Positions 1 through 13,201 of a DNA stretch of 64,000 bases are shown here, one piece after another. Within the stretch, counting starts at the first letter, position 1; every line of letters starts with the position of its first letter. The notes under the pieces were generated by a model, which saw only the letters and a program-made list of their open reading frames with translations, made no database searches and was not told where the DNA came from. The position numbers and the translations under genes are program-made. This DNA comes from Oikopleura dioica. Lineage: Eukaryota > Animalia > Chordata. The stretch is taken from positions 1,612,001 through 1,676,000 of the forward strand of contig OU015568.1 in the NCBI GenBank assembly GCA_907165135.1. The letters run 5' to 3'.

Positions 1-421
1 TGTTATTCTATCAATGATAGACTATCATGGTCGTCAGAAAATGAATTTGATAGAACTTCAACTTAACGCCAACGATGACTTGAGGAATTCGAGTAACTTT
101 TTGAAAAAACCTTGTTTCAGCTAATTTTGGTTGGCGATCCCCTTATCTGTTTAATTAACTTGTTGATTTAGGCAGCCAAATTTCAAAGATACCATCTTGT
201 CCATCTGCTCCATAAGGAGTTATTAGCTCCACGTCGTCTCAAAGTGCAAAGGTTATCACCAGCGCATGCAACTTTTTTTTCTAGCGCGGAGTCTTTCTAG
301 GTGGCGAGTTTGAGGTGGAGCGCAAAATTACGCGGCGGCGCACACCAGCGCCAGGTACGATAAACGCACCGTCGATTGCAGCAGGAAAGTTCATTCACTC
401 GCTTTTACGATTTGAAATAAA

Positions 422-3407
422 ATGGTAAAAAGAGATTTTGTTAAATTACTTCTCCCGGCTGTTGTGGCTGCGGAAGTTGACTTTTTTGCTCCTGATACGA
501 GAGGATACAAAGAACTTGCAGATGCTGTCGTAAGTACTTGGGAAAATGTCGTTTTGAGAAATACATTTTTCCATCCTAAAATTGACATATCGTGCCGAAT
601 CCTTACTTTTTATCTAAGTCTTTTTTTATTTATATTTTTTGTATAATAATTTTTCTTTCAATAAAAATAATTTTACCCCATTGAGAAAGTACCCTCTAAA
701 CCTCACCTGAGAGCATCAAAATCTAAGCCCCAGTTGTTGCCTGCATCATTAAGGTCCTTCATGAGGATTCTTTTTTGTTCAGAAAATGATCAAATAAACT
801 CACCTGCTTAATTCCATTCTCTTAGGTTGGTTGTGAAGAGGGGCAAGGATCAATTACTCGAGCTGATACAGATGGCCTCGCTGAATACATCAGTGGTCAC
901 AAGAATCTCAGTAGAAAACCATACCTGATTCTCTTGAATAACAAGGATCAGCCAGACTGGTACAACTCCGATCTCACCAAAAAGAAGGGCAAGAAGCCGA
1001 AGAAAGCACCAGCTGTTTGCGCCAAAACCGCTGAAGTCTGCGAAGGAACAGGAGAACTTAAGGACAGCTACGAACGATACAAATTCTATCCAGCACCGCC
1101 GACAGAAGAATTCGAATCATCGAAAAACTACACTGCCGCTCGAGAAAGTTGTCAAGAACTCGGAGACAGCTGGGATCTCATGATAATCAATACGAAACGA
1201 GAGTGGGAATTCCTCAAAGAAGTGATGGACGATTCTTGCTGGGCCCATGAAGCCTGGTGGGTCGGATTTAAAGAGTACGGCACAGTTTCTCCAGGTGTTC
1301 GAGGATCACTCGAAACCGTCTTTGGCAAGACCCCAGAGTGGGAGCCGAAGTGGGAGACAGATGAGCCAAATGACGCGCAAGGAGCAGAAGAATGCATCAG
1401 ATACAGACTTGGAGACTTCAACGACGCTCCATGCTCAAAGTACTGGTCGGGCGTCAAGCGCGATCGAATCGGAATGGGATACATTTGTGAACAACACAAC
1501 TATATCGAGGATTGCGAACCAGTTTCGGTCGAAGCTGCAGCAATCGAAAACTACTCGATCCACGAACCAGCCACTCCCGCTGAGGGTAAAAACTGGGCCG
1601 ACGCCCGAGCTTTTTGCCAGGCAAAGGGAGCCAATTGGGACCTGTTTGTGCCAAACACTGAGGCCGAATTCGACCTTCTAGTCCAAGCAACCCAGTGCTC
1701 ATGGAGTCGATTCTGGCTTGGCGCTACTTACACCGCTAATACAGATGAAGTCGCCGTCGACGATGGAGAGTATTTTGCAGTTGATGGATCCGCCGCTGAG
1801 CAGATTTTCCGCCGATGGGACACTCACACCAACTGGGAGTCCCCAGATCCAAACAACAAGCCTGGCGTCACTGAATGCATCAGAATGCGAGGAAACTTGA
1901 TGAACGACCAAAACTGCGAAACTTCCGGAAAAGACATCGGACACGGTTGGATTTGCGAGAAAACTATTCCTGAAGACCCTTGCGAACCAACGATGGGCCT
2001 TGTTGGTGATCGATATGCTATTCTCAACTCTCTTGGCGATGCAAGAAACAAGCGAGTTGCATGTTCCTCAATCGGTGATGGATGGACTGAGTTCGACGGA
2101 GAATCTGATTACGTAACTGCTCTCCTCGCCGCAAACGGATACGCTGATTCCACTCCTGCTGCGGTTTGTGAACGAGCCGTTCCATGCGCTAACGATGATG
2201 GTGCTAGCTTCAACGTCGTCGATGATAAGGACTTGAAAGTCGTCGGACTCGGTAACTACAACAAAGCCTCTGCGGCAGCTGTTTGTGAGAGCTACGGACA
2301 AGGATGGAGCTTGGCCATCATCAATGATGAGAAAGAATCAAGATCAATCAACAAGAAACTTGGCGGTTGCTACAGCTATTGGACCGGCATGACTCATAGT
2401 GGAGAGACGCTCTATGATGAAGTCAGCTCCATGATCGGTAACTTTTTGCTGGCAATTTCAGTTTTTAATTTTGTTCAGGTTTTGCACCTTGGGCACCTAT
2501 CAACACTCAGAAAATCTGCGGAAACGCATGCGTTACCATGCGAGGTGGAGAATACTACTCTGCCGACTGCGATGTTGAGGTTGAATCTGCTGTCATTTGT
2601 GAATACACCCCAATTCCTGAGCCAAAAGAAAGTGAAGATTGCCTCCCATGCAAGGTAATTGAGCATTTTTTTTCACGCACTCATTCTTTCTCCAGCACAA
2701 CTCCTTGATTCTCCCATGGAATACGCTACCAAGCGGATGTGCGAAGCCAAAATCATGCGCCGAAAGCGCTCGACTTCAAATCGTTGATCAGTGGAAGGAA
2801 AGGGCCTGATTTACAAAAGAAATTTTAAAAAATTTTCATTTCGAAATTTCGGTAAAAATTAAGTGTTATAAAATGACAGCCCGAAAAAGATTGGTAATGG
2901 CAAGAGTCGACCTGTCCGATACGGATTCGTCGGTCTTATCAAGGTCCCACAAGCTGTTATTGATAGCAAAACTTCCTTCTCCGTGCTTATCCGATTCTCT
3001 GATCGGGTCAACCACGGTCACTTCCAGCTCTGGAACATGAACTTCTGGAACTTCTACAACGGCGGATATGAAATTCTCATCCACAGGTAAGATAATACTT
3101 CTCAGAACACAGCTTTACCGAATTTAGTAAACACTGGAATACCGATCTTCACGACAAATACTCTGTCGCCTTCGTCGCCGAAGGATTGAATGTCAACGAC
3201 CTTCCCGAACTCGTCTTCTGGACTGGTCATCAAAGAAAACACCAATGCTTCCAGCCCTCTATGCACATCACCAGAACAGGCCAACAAGCTCAGCTCATTG
3301 AAGGCAACTTCGAAAACCGAGAACTCGATGAGGACTCTCTCGTTTCCCGAATCCGATTCAACAAGAAAAAGAAGAGCATCAACTACAAGGGAAAACCGAG
3401 AAATTAA
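422..3407 (+). CDS. Secreted multi-C-type-lectin-domain protein with an uncharacterised C-terminal domain (multi-exon)
   Basis: Exon 1 422-529 (signal-like MVKRDFVKLLLPAVVAA) has a GTAAGT donor and joins in phase at TCTTAG|827. ORF 934..2658 has two clear CTLDs (ARESCQELGDSWDLMII..WWVG..EPND..ECI..FNDAPC; ARAFCQAKGANWDL..FWLG) and degenerate further ones. Later exons read ..GHFQLWNMNFWNFYNGGYEILIHSKHWNTDL..FVAEGL..; stop at 3407. Confidence 0.75.
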
Positions 3408-3711
3408 AATTGAAAATTTTGATTTCATTTTTACGAAATTTGCCAAAAAGTTTGTAAAAATCCTGTTTATAGTTTCGTCCTAAAGTTCATGAATCATGTT
3501 TCTAGCTGTACATAGTATACATATAAACTCAAAATCATCGAAACCCCTCTGTTAAGTTCAAATGAATGTACAATCAAACCAACCAGTCAAAAAGAGGCAC
3601 GATCTGAGCCCTCGAGGATGAATATTGCTTCTCATGAGCGCCATAAGAAAAAACTAACGTTAAAATCTACCGTGGCCAAGACTTAAAAACGAGAATTCTA
3701 GAGAAAAAACG

Positions 3712-4629
3712 ATGAAAATATTTCTGCCGACTCTAGTCGCTGGAGAGATTGAATTTTTGAGCAGATGCTCTGGAGAGCTGAAAAATAGCTACGGTCGCTA
3801 CAAATTCTTCTCGAAAGCGAAAAATTTCGAACAAGCAAAAGAAAAATGCATGAGTCTAGGGGAGGGCTGGAACTTGATGATCATCAACACGAAACGAGAG
3901 CTAACGTATCTCAAAGAAGTTCTGGTCGATTCTTGCTGGGAAAATAAAGCATTCTTGTTGGGATGGAAAGAGTTTGACACGATTGCTCCTGGGTCACGTG
4001 GGCGACTTGAAACGGTCTTCGGAAAGGAGCCAGAATGGGAGCCGAAATGGGATCGTGGTGAGCCGAATGAAGAAGGCCAGGAATGTGTGATTTATGAAAG
4101 TGGAAAATTTCATGATTCTTTTTGCGCTGAAAATTATGCTTTTGCCTGCGAGCAGCATAATTTCATCGAGTTTTGCGAGCCTGAAGCTATTGATCCTTCG
4201 GATTTTGAAAACTATTCAATCTACGCGCCAGAAAATCTTGAAGACGGGAGAAACTGGAACGATGCCCGAGATTACTGCATTTCAAAAGGAGCTGGCTGGG
4301 ATCTGGCTGTGCCGAACTCAGAAGAAGAGTTCGATCTTCTTGTCAAGGGAACGAATTGCTCAAACAAGCGATTTTGGCTTGGCGCGAAATATACCGCGAA
4401 TACGGATGAAATTGCAGTCGATGATGGAGTCTATGAAGCAGTAGATGGATCGACCGAAAAAGAGATTTTTAGAAGATGGGATACTCACACCAATTGGCTT
4501 TCCTCGCCGCCGCATAATAGACCTGGGGAAACAGAATGTCTCAGAATGCGGGGTAATTTGATGAACACCAAAGATTGCGAGACCGATGGAAACAAGCTTC
4601 CTCATGGCTGGATTTGTGAAAGAAACTAA
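3712..4629 (+). CDS. Secreted protein with two C-type lectin domains; truncated paralog of the upstream gene
   Basis: Single 305-aa ORF with signal-like MKIFLPTLVAG. Shares blocks with CTLD1-2 of the upstream gene (LETVFGK.PEWEPKW, FWLGA.YTANTDE.AVDDG, FRRWDTHTNW, C.RMRGNLMN). Confidence 0.85.
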   Translation: MKIFLPTLVAGEIEFLSRCSGELKNSYGRYKFFSKAKNFEQAKEKCMSLGEGWNLMIINTKRELTYLKEVLVDSCWENKAFLLGWKEFDTIAPGSRGRLETVFGKEPEWEPKWDRGEPNEEGQECVIYESGKFHDSFCAENYAFACEQHNFIEFCEPEAIDPSDFENYSIYAPENLEDGRNWNDARDYCISKGAGWDLAVPNSEEEFDLLVKGTNCSNKRFWLGAKYTANTDEIAVDDGVYEAVDGSTEKEIFRRWDTHTNWLSSPPHNRPGETECLRMRGNLMNTKDCETDGNKLPHGWICERN

Positions 4630-5787
4630 CTTCATTTACCTAATCTTCTTTTTTATTAATTCGTCCTTAAAAAACCAATAAACGGCTGAAAATAGCGATC
4701 GACATTTATTCAATGGAAAAGTACAAAGAGAACTTTGAAGCATGTTATAGATAATTTTACCACCAACAAATATTGAACGATTTATATCGTTGTTTTTGCC
4801 TCTTGAAAATCGAATTTTTTGCTTCAAGATCATTTTCGTGGTCATTTGCTTTAGTTTTCTCGTAAGCGCGGTAAAGTAAATTATTTACAAAGCGACTTTG
4901 TCCAAAATAATCTGGTTTGAGGGAGGCGACGACATGGAAGAGGACTGAAAATTTCATTTTGATGAATGAATATGATATCGAGCCATTTATATGAAGCGAA
5001 TTTTAATATATTCAATGAGAAGAATCATTGATTTATAGAATCATCGAGCCATTGCTAATGAAAATTTCGAAATTAAAATAATCAGCCTTGTACTTATACG
5101 GCTATCTTTTAATATTGGCGTCATATCTGAGGATGCTAAGAAAAAATCCTGCATAAATTTTCCTCGATAAGTGCTAATTCTAATTTTAGTAGAAAAATGA
5201 CAGTAAATATTTCGAAAGTAAAATTTTTCTCCTGAGAAAGCCCCTGAAGCAATCAATTCAATCCTTTCGGCTCCTCATCAAGCTTTCCAAAATAACTCAA
5301 CAGAAGACGTTTCTGCGCTAGAATGAGTCTCACGGACTCTTTGCGCGTCATAAATCAAGCTTCGAAGTAGATCCATCGCACAGGAAGAGAATCTCTGCAG
5401 GAGACAGATCCCTCTTTTTGTTTCAAATGCTTCTTTCCAAAATATATGGATGAAGAAAGACTGAAAAGACTTAGAGCAGTGAGTATTCAGAGCTATTGCG
5501 AGAGACATCACTGGGATAGAAGACTAACAGGAATTTGGTTTTGAAACGACGCTGTTTTCAAAGCGAAAAGAACAAAAAATCAGCAAGAAACCATCAACTA
5601 AGCCACTGGAAATTTAAAAGCCGAGTACGAAAGGAATCTTCTCACCATTCCGAGCGTTTTTCACGACCCGTTTGTAAGGCCTTCTATTTGTTGGCTCCTT
5701 ACGAGGTATCACTCAATTTGCATTAAAACCTTGATCCCAGATTTCTAGCGTTTGTTTCCTGATTTCTATCTGTGCTTTGTTTTCCAG

Positions 5788-6119
5788 CCTGCAACTTTGG
5801 TCTCCAAACGAGACAAGAAAGATCGTCATTTCTTTTGAAAGAGATGATGACTCGACAAAGAAGAACATCTGGCTGTATCCTTATCTTATCGCTCTGCCAA
5901 TAGGACTCGGGTCTTTTCTAGCAAATACAATGTAAAGAAAAATACGAAAAGACCCATGGAAAAGTCTCGCTTGGAGTCTTTCTTTTCAGCATCATAATCT
6001 TCATCCGGGCGCTGAAGATGAGATCCTTTATTCAAGGCAAAATCCAGTACTACAATGCAATGATCAAAGTTGGCGAAGAATATCGTCCGTTTGGAGAAGA
6101 GATGAATCTCAAAATTTAA
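5788..6119 (+). CDS. Partial gene for a small single-pass membrane protein (5' end unresolved)
   Basis: Two exons joined by a GT-AG intron read LQLWSPNETRK..WLYPYLIALPIGLGSFLANTIIIIFIRALKMR..EEMNLKI*, with one hydrophobic segment followed by basic residues. Confidence 0.35.
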
Positions 6120-7183
6120 CCTAAAAAAACAAATAAAATTTCACGACACTTATAAATTTAGCCAAAGTCCTTGTCACTTCTTACAAGCCATAAAATAGTC
6201 AAAAAAAAAGCTTGAGAAAGGTGAATTTTATTAACTTCCGCGCGTAAAAGATTTGACGGCGTGGGGACCGGGACATGAACTTGGGGATTAAACTAAGCAG
6301 CTCTCGCTTTTTTTCAATCACAAAAGAAGCTGAATCAAGTGGGAGAAGTTTCTCCTCGACTTTCTTTCTTTGTCCATTTTCAGAGCTTTTAGGAGAGAAT
6401 TATGGAGAAAGATTGGTAAGCGAAATCATTTTTAAACAATGAAAAATGAGTTTACAGAATATAACGCTACGAGACATCCGAGTCGACTCATTTTACGCTT
6501 CAATAATTCTCTGAGAGTTTCGCATATTATTATCATCATTCATAATTTCGCGCTCTCAGACTTACAATTAAAAAACTACTTTACCAAGTCGAGAAATATT
6601 CGGCTTTGAGACAGGTGGAAGAACATAAAACCTCGTTTTTCAGAAAATCCGCCGCCAAGATCGATTACCCGTCTTTTCTTTCTTTGAAGGACTTTGACGA
6701 CAGCCTGGAGCAAAATCGATCTCAGAATTTTTCAAAATACTGGAAGATATAAAAAAAAATAAATACGAAAAAGAGAAGAGAATATCAGTAAAAAGATGAG
6801 CAATTTGAAGTATTCAATCGACGATTTGAAATCTCAACTAGGTAAGCTCTAGAATCAAACACTCATAATGTCTATTTTATAAGATTCTGGGATGGTAGAC
6901 ATCAAAAATTACCTCTTTGGAGTTCTAATTTGCTGCTCCCTCATTACGGGTAGAAAAAGATTCCCCAAAACCATCAAAAAGAATGTTTTAGTAACCTTAT
7001 TTCTCTCAGCAGCCTTTCAAGTCTACAGAACCCGAGCAAATAGAAAACGACGGAGAAGATATCGAGAACTGCGAAAAGCCTATTCGAAGCGTGAAAATTC
7101 AATTTGTACAGAACTTGGACACAATTAAAGATAACTTCTACGATTTTATTCACAATGATTTGTCAGTTGTCAAGAATTAAGAA

Positions 7184-10100
7184 TTATTTTTTCATTTCAA
7201 GCTTCGTAATCGCCTGAAGATGAACTTCGTCCGGGCCATCGGCCAGGCGTAGAGCTCGCGCCCAAGTCATCATTCCAGAGAATGGGAGGTCGTGATTCAT
7301 TCCTGCGGCTCCGTGAGCTTGAATGGCATGATCGATCACAGTTTGCGCGACGTTTGGAGCGATGACTTTGATCATCGCAATTTCCTGAAAATTTTGTTCC
7401 TGCCCCATTATTCAAAATCCTTGTTTTACCTTTGCCGCAACTTTAGCTCCAACAGTGTCCATCTTATGCGCTGCCAAAAGAGTCATAAGCCGGGCTTGGT
7501 CAGTTTGAACTCTGCTCATGCCAACTCGCTCCTTCCAAACTCCCTGCTCGGACAGCGGCTTGCCAAAGGCCACACGACTCTTTAGCCGTTCTTTCATCAA
7601 GTCAATTGATCGCTCGCAATGTCCAATAAGTCGCATACAATGGTGAATTCTACCGGGCCCAAGACGACCTGGAAATTGTTCAAATCTTATTTCTGAAAAT
7701 ATCTCACCTTGAGCGATCATAAATCCAGCTCCTTCGCCAACAAGAAGGTTCTCTGCTGGAACCCTGACGTTGTCGAAGTTCAGCTCTGCATGTCCCCCTG
7801 GAGCATCGTAGTGACCATAAGTTGTCAGCGGTCGAACGATTTCAAGACCAGGAGAATCCATTGGCACAAGAATCATGCTTTGTTGAACATGCCTGAAAAT
7901 TTAAGAAAATGTTCATTTTGATGCATCATTTACCGTTTTGCATTGAAGTCCGTTTTGCCCATGAAAATGCACAGCTTGCAATGTGGATGCAAAGCCATCG
8001 TTGTCCACCATTTTCTTCCATTCAAGACATATTCATCGCCAGCCTTTACGATGCTGCTTTCAATATTCGTCGCATCAGAAGATGCCACTGCTGGCTCTGT
8101 CATTCCAAAACAGCTGCGAATCTCACCATTGAGAAGAGGCTCGAGCCATTTTTCCTTGTGTTCTTCTTCTCCGTATTTGATAAGGACTTCCATGTTCCCT
8201 GTGTCAGGAGGAGAGCAATTGAAAGGTTCTGAACCAAAAAGGGTTCGCCCCATTTCTTCTGCCATAAAAGCATATTCGAGATTTGTCAATCCCTTGCCAT
8301 ATCGCATGTCTTCGTCGATATTGAAAGGAATGAACAAATTCCAGAGACCAGCAGCTTTGGCCTTTGATTTGAGCTCTTCCATGATTGTTGGTTGAGTCCA
8401 TCTGAGTTTGTCGTCGAATTCTTGAGCGCCAAGCTCGTGTTCTTTCGGTAGAATTTCTTCGTGGACGAACTCGCGGACATCGTTGTACACTCGCTTGGCG
8501 AATGGTCGGAGCTCGTCTGGACTGGTTATCAGACGTTCGCTAGATCTACGAAGCTCTTCTTGGACGGTGGTTTTGTTTTCAATTGATCGATCCATAAAAT
8601 GCGTTCCCATTCCAGAGATGAGGTGAACCAGCGGACCGAAAGTCATTCCTAGCTCTTTATTGCTCGCGTTTCCCTGCAGAGCTCGTTTGTAAACACCTTA
8701 AGGAAAACCAATGTGAAGGACATTTAAGGAAACTCAAACCTTGACAGATAGCGGCCAATCGGAAGAAACAAAAAGCCAGATAGTAATCAAGGTCAAAATC
8801 AACCTTCAGCCCTCGAACTTTTTTGTAATAATCGACAATTTCATCCACCGTTGGAATCATCTCTTCCTCCAAATCAAGATCTGAAACGCCAGAAAGACCC
8901 TGCCCTGTTGATGGAAGATGATGTTGCATGCACATGTAGGCCAAATCAGCCAGCGGGTCCCCAAGGGTAGAGAGCTCCCAATCAAGAACACCGATGACAC
9001 GATTTTCGGAAGGATGAAAGATGCAGTTGTCCATTCGGAAATCGCCGTGCACGACGGAAAGTGGAAGTTGTTGTCGAGGGACATTTTCACCCAGCCATTC
9101 GGCTAGGTTCTCCATTGATTCGATTTCCTCGGTTTCCGCTGCACGATATTGTTTAGTCCATGTCTTCACTGTTCTGGCAAGATAACCCTTATCTTTCCCG
9201 TACCCCTTCAGTCCGATTTCTAGAGGATTTACGTCATGAACAGCTGCTAGTGCTTCGATAACAGCCTTGTAGCAATCTTTTCGCTGTTCTTTTGGAACTT
9301 CGGCCAAACCAGCGTCCTTGAACAATCGACCTTTCGAGAAATCCATGATGTAGAACGGAGTTCCGAGAATCGATTCATCTTCAACGAGACATCGCATAGT
9401 CGGTACAGGAACACCTGCTTTCCCCAATGCGCTCATGACTTTGTATTCTCGCTCGACAGCGTGTGCCCCCTTCAAAAGCTTTCCTAGGGAACAGAAATGG
9501 TAAATGAAATCAAAGAAGATTTACCAGGAGGTTTCTTCCTCAAAACAAGCTCTTCGCCTGCGTATTTGATGTAATACGTCGGGTTCGATTGACCATGATC
9601 AAATTGCCGAAGAATTAGCTCATCCGCTTCAAGATCAAGCTTTTCTTTCAAAAGTTGTCTCAACTTTGCTTCATCGAGTTCCAATCCAGGTCGAAGCGGA
9701 GTCGTTGTTGATGGCCAGCCAACCAGGTCTCGCCCAATTATTTCTGACAGCTCATGAATTGCTTTTTGCGGCTTTCCAGTTTCTACCTTTATCGTCTGGA
9801 TACCCAATGCTTTCGCTACTTTGAGGTTCTTACCAATATCGTCGAGAAAGACGAGATCTTCAGGTGCCATTTCCATTTCAGAAATTATCTTTTCGTAAAT
9901 ATCCCTGTTGGGTTTTCGGGTCCCGAGCTTGGCAGATTCGACAACGACGTCAAAAAGGTCCTCTTTCATGATGAAACTCCGACCATCGTCGTTTTTCCAG
10001 TTGTTTGTCAAGATACCGATTTTGTAATCCAAGCTTTTCAAGGTCTGAATAGCTTCAATCGCATCAGGAATCGGTTCAGAAATCTTCGACTCCAAGAACT

Positions 10101-10487
10101 CCACAAAGCCCGTAACATCTACCTTCTGCCCGGTAAATTCGGAAAGTTCCTTCCCAAAAGCAGCTTCGAATTCTTTCGGGAGAAGTTCTCCTCTTTCGAA
10201 GGCGCTGAAAGCAGATTCATCGCCATTTTTGATGAGACATTTGACGATGGTGTTCTTCTTCAAATTGATCTTCTTTTCGAAATCTTTGATGATCGGAGTT
10301 GGGGATGGAATAACGACGCCTCCGAGGTCGAAAACGACGCCCTAGAAAGTTCATTTTCAAAGCAATTTAATGTAGAAATTATTCATGAACAAAATCAGCC
10401 CAAGAATAGCCCAATAAATTCAGCACTAACCTTGGTAGCAGCCCTTAGCCCCGACGCCCAAAAGTGGCTTCTCGCCGCCCTCAACAT
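7184..10487 (-). CDS. ACAD10: Acyl-CoA dehydrogenase family member 10 (HAD + APH-like kinase + ACAD), with mitochondrial presequence
   Basis: Exon 1 [19 protein letters not shown] (ATG 10487). HAD motif [10 protein letters not shown] and KPNRDIY..FLDD. Kinase-like [23 protein letters not shown] core [54 protein letters not shown]. Confidence 0.92.
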
Positions 10488-11284
10488 TTTCTCTTTCCTG
10501 GCGGTGCTAAGTTTTTCAGGACTTGGAAAATATTTGCATCGAACTTTCGTCTCCTGGAAAATTCTGCAAAAGAATGAAAGCTATCCAATCTTTAAATTTG
10601 GCGCAATTTTCGAATTATAGACTGAGAGAAAAGTAAATTTACATAACACACCTCTATTTTTTTCTCAATTTGTCAAATTTATTATATAAGTTCTGAAAAG
10701 ATTTCTTCGATGAAGAATTTTTCCAATAACAAAATAAAAAAAATAGAAAGAAATAAATAAAATCAAGTCTTCCAGCAAATTGTTTTCCAGCAAAATAAGC
10801 TCCTCCAGCGCGCAGCGGAGGACATTCTCACGCTTCGAATAATTTTCCGCCCACAGGCTGACTCACCGCTCTCCACCTCCTGACGCGAAAAGCGCGCTTT
10901 CCGAGACAAAATTGACAAAAATTTGAAAACATTGATTCGCTCTGAGATTTCGAGACGAATAAAAAATAAGAGACTAATCGGACGAAAATAGAGTAAAGAA
11001 AATGAGCGACGAGGAAAGTGGTTAAAAATCTCATAAATTTGGAAATTTATATTTTATGCTATAATTTTGTGTTGAGTAGTAAAATTTGAATAAGATGGTT
11101 AACTTGTAAAGCGGCTGCGTGGCTTTTAATTCCAGATAATCATGATTTATTGGTATCAAAAATACTGTGGCCCACTGTAATGACCTCTGGTCGACCCTAG
11201 ATCCATTTTATCCCAATCTGCAGATGTTTATTCTGTTTCTCTCTTTAATTTTTAAAACCACGGAAAAAGACGTTTGACGAATTC

Positions 11285-12203
11285 ATGGACCATGTCAAAC
11301 AAGGCGCCATCGAAGTGGGCACTGACATCTGGCACTCGGCCTCCACCTTCTTCACCGGTCTTCTCTCTGAATCTTCAGAATCGAGCAGCAGCAGCTACGA
11401 TTACTACGATCCAAACCAGGGGCTCTCGGTTATAATCAATGGCAACTACGCCTCCATAATCGACCAGAACGGAAACAAAATTCCGATGACTGTCGTTGGC
11501 GAAAATATGTACAGACTTAACGACCGCACGAATTTGGTCATTACGTAAGTTCTTGAAGTTATACGATTAAAATGTCGAGAAACCGTTCGCGATTTTGAGA
11601 AAAAAAGTTTAGTAGATGATCCCCGCGCGGCTTTTTTTATATTTGACTTGAAGCCGCAATCGGCTTCTCGAGTTATTGAAAAGTAGAGACGTCAGGTCTA
11701 ATATTGATCCTATTATTTTTCTTTTTAGAAACGGCGGGCTAGCAGTTGTCTCCGTTGATGGAACAAAAATCGGCTACGAAATCGACGATTACGACTACCA
11801 GTACGAACTCAATGGAGGAGCATCTCCATTCATGATCTACGGACTTCTCTTCAGCTGCCTCATTTCTTTGATGATTCTTTTCGCAAGTGAGTGATTTTAA
11901 GATCTTTGAGAGCTTCCGCCTATCGTCATCTGGCCAATTTTTGGCTCTGCACGGCTTCTCGATCCTATTTTCTGTTCCTCATTCTATACCTTAGTCATGG
12001 TAAAACGCCGTCGAATGATGATCCACCGTCGCTACTTGCTTGCTCGTAACTCACTTGCCACCGCCGCCGATTTCGCTGTTGTCGATTCAGAAATCCCCTC
12101 CGTCAACAGCGATAAAGCCAAGAAAAACGTCAACGACGCCCCGCCCTCCTACGAAACGGTCACTGAGCAAGACAAAATGCTTCCCAAATATGAAGACGTT
12201 TAG
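11285..12203 (+). CDS. Membrane protein with cytoplasmic PPxY/LPxY motifs
   Basis: Three spliced ORF segments. Hydrophobic FMIYGLLFSCLISLMILFA is followed by a basic stretch and the tail APPSYETV..LPKYEDV*. The 5' end is uncertain. Confidence 0.55.
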
Positions 12204-12380
12204 CTTTTCCTTCCTGTTTTCTCCTCCCATTTTTTCATGATGTCACTGACTCGTACTTTATTTCGCTCAAAGTCGAGTTAAACCAATTGCTTACACATAT
12301 AAATCCCCCTCTGAGCTCGGCAACCTGTGTAAAAAACCCGAGTCAGGGTCTGAAAGATCTTTAGAAAGACTGCCGAGCGC

Positions 12381-13201
12381 CAGGGGTGACCATTTGGGCA
12401 AAAACGCTTTTGGGCGGGCATTTGGTCGGCTCAACGCCTGAAAATAGGCTGGGCAACATGGGATACGTCGGGCATTTGGGCATTTTCTGGGCAGTTGGGC
12501 ACCATTGGGCAGCTGGGCAAATGCCCACCGGGGAAAATCACGAATGTGGGCGTTTTCCTGCCCGCTTATTGGTCGTTAAGCTCGCAAAGAAAAAAAAGAT
12601 ATAAGGAGAAGGTTCTGCAAGGGTGTGTGAAGTGGACCTCAATGGTTAGCTGTCTACCTTTGACCTCCTGATCCTTTTATGAAATTATCCACCCCGTTAA
12701 CTCGACTTTTTTGCGGAGATGGTTCTGCAAGGGTCTGTGAAGTGCACCTTGAAGGTTAGCTGTCTACGGTAGACTCTACCCTTGACCTCCAGATCCTTTT
12801 TATCCCTTATTTTTGAACCCCTTGTTCGAGACGGTTATGCAAGAGTGTGTGAAGTGGACCTTTATGGTTAGCTGTCTATTCTTGACAACCGGACGGAACT
12901 TTTACATAATTATTTTTTCGACCCCTTTTAAATATTTTCCAAACCTTTCAAGATCCTTTTTTTGCTTAAAATTCGTTCAATCACTTCAACTGAAACAAAT
13001 TATTAAAAGAAAAGTAAAAAAGTAAAGTTTTAAGAAGCCTGAAATGCCGGGAAAATTTTTGCCCGAAAAATTGCCCAATCGCCCGGCATTCTGGGCACAT
13101 TGGACTGGTCGGGCATTTGGTCGGCCCGGGTCTTGATTTTTGGTATTGGGCGGGCAATTGGTCGGCCCGACGATAATTTTTTGCCCAAATGGTCACCCCT
13201 G
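12381..13201. mobile_element. Non-autonomous hAT-type element (821 bp)
   Basis: TIR CAGGGGTGACCATTTGGGCAAAAA / TTTTTGCCCAAATGGTCACCCCTG. Perfect 8-bp TSD CCGAGCGC (12373-12380, 13202-13209). Subterminal GGGCA motifs and three internal ~110-bp repeats (12611, 12721, 12833). No transposase ORF. Confidence 0.9.

Noticed and set aside
7184-10487. HAD-kinase-dehydrogenase fusion as a novel system
   Set aside because: This is the established ACAD10 architecture.
9754-10620. 288-aa plus-strand ORF, and similar long ORFs at 14655-15239 (-), 45511-46071 (+) and 48599-49093 (+)
   Set aside because: These are antisense shadows of better-supported genes on the opposite strand and have no motifs of their own.
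12611-12890. CRISPR-like repeat-spacer appearance
   Set aside because: The spacers resemble each other, the array is inside a hAT element, the context is eukaryotic and no cas genes are present.
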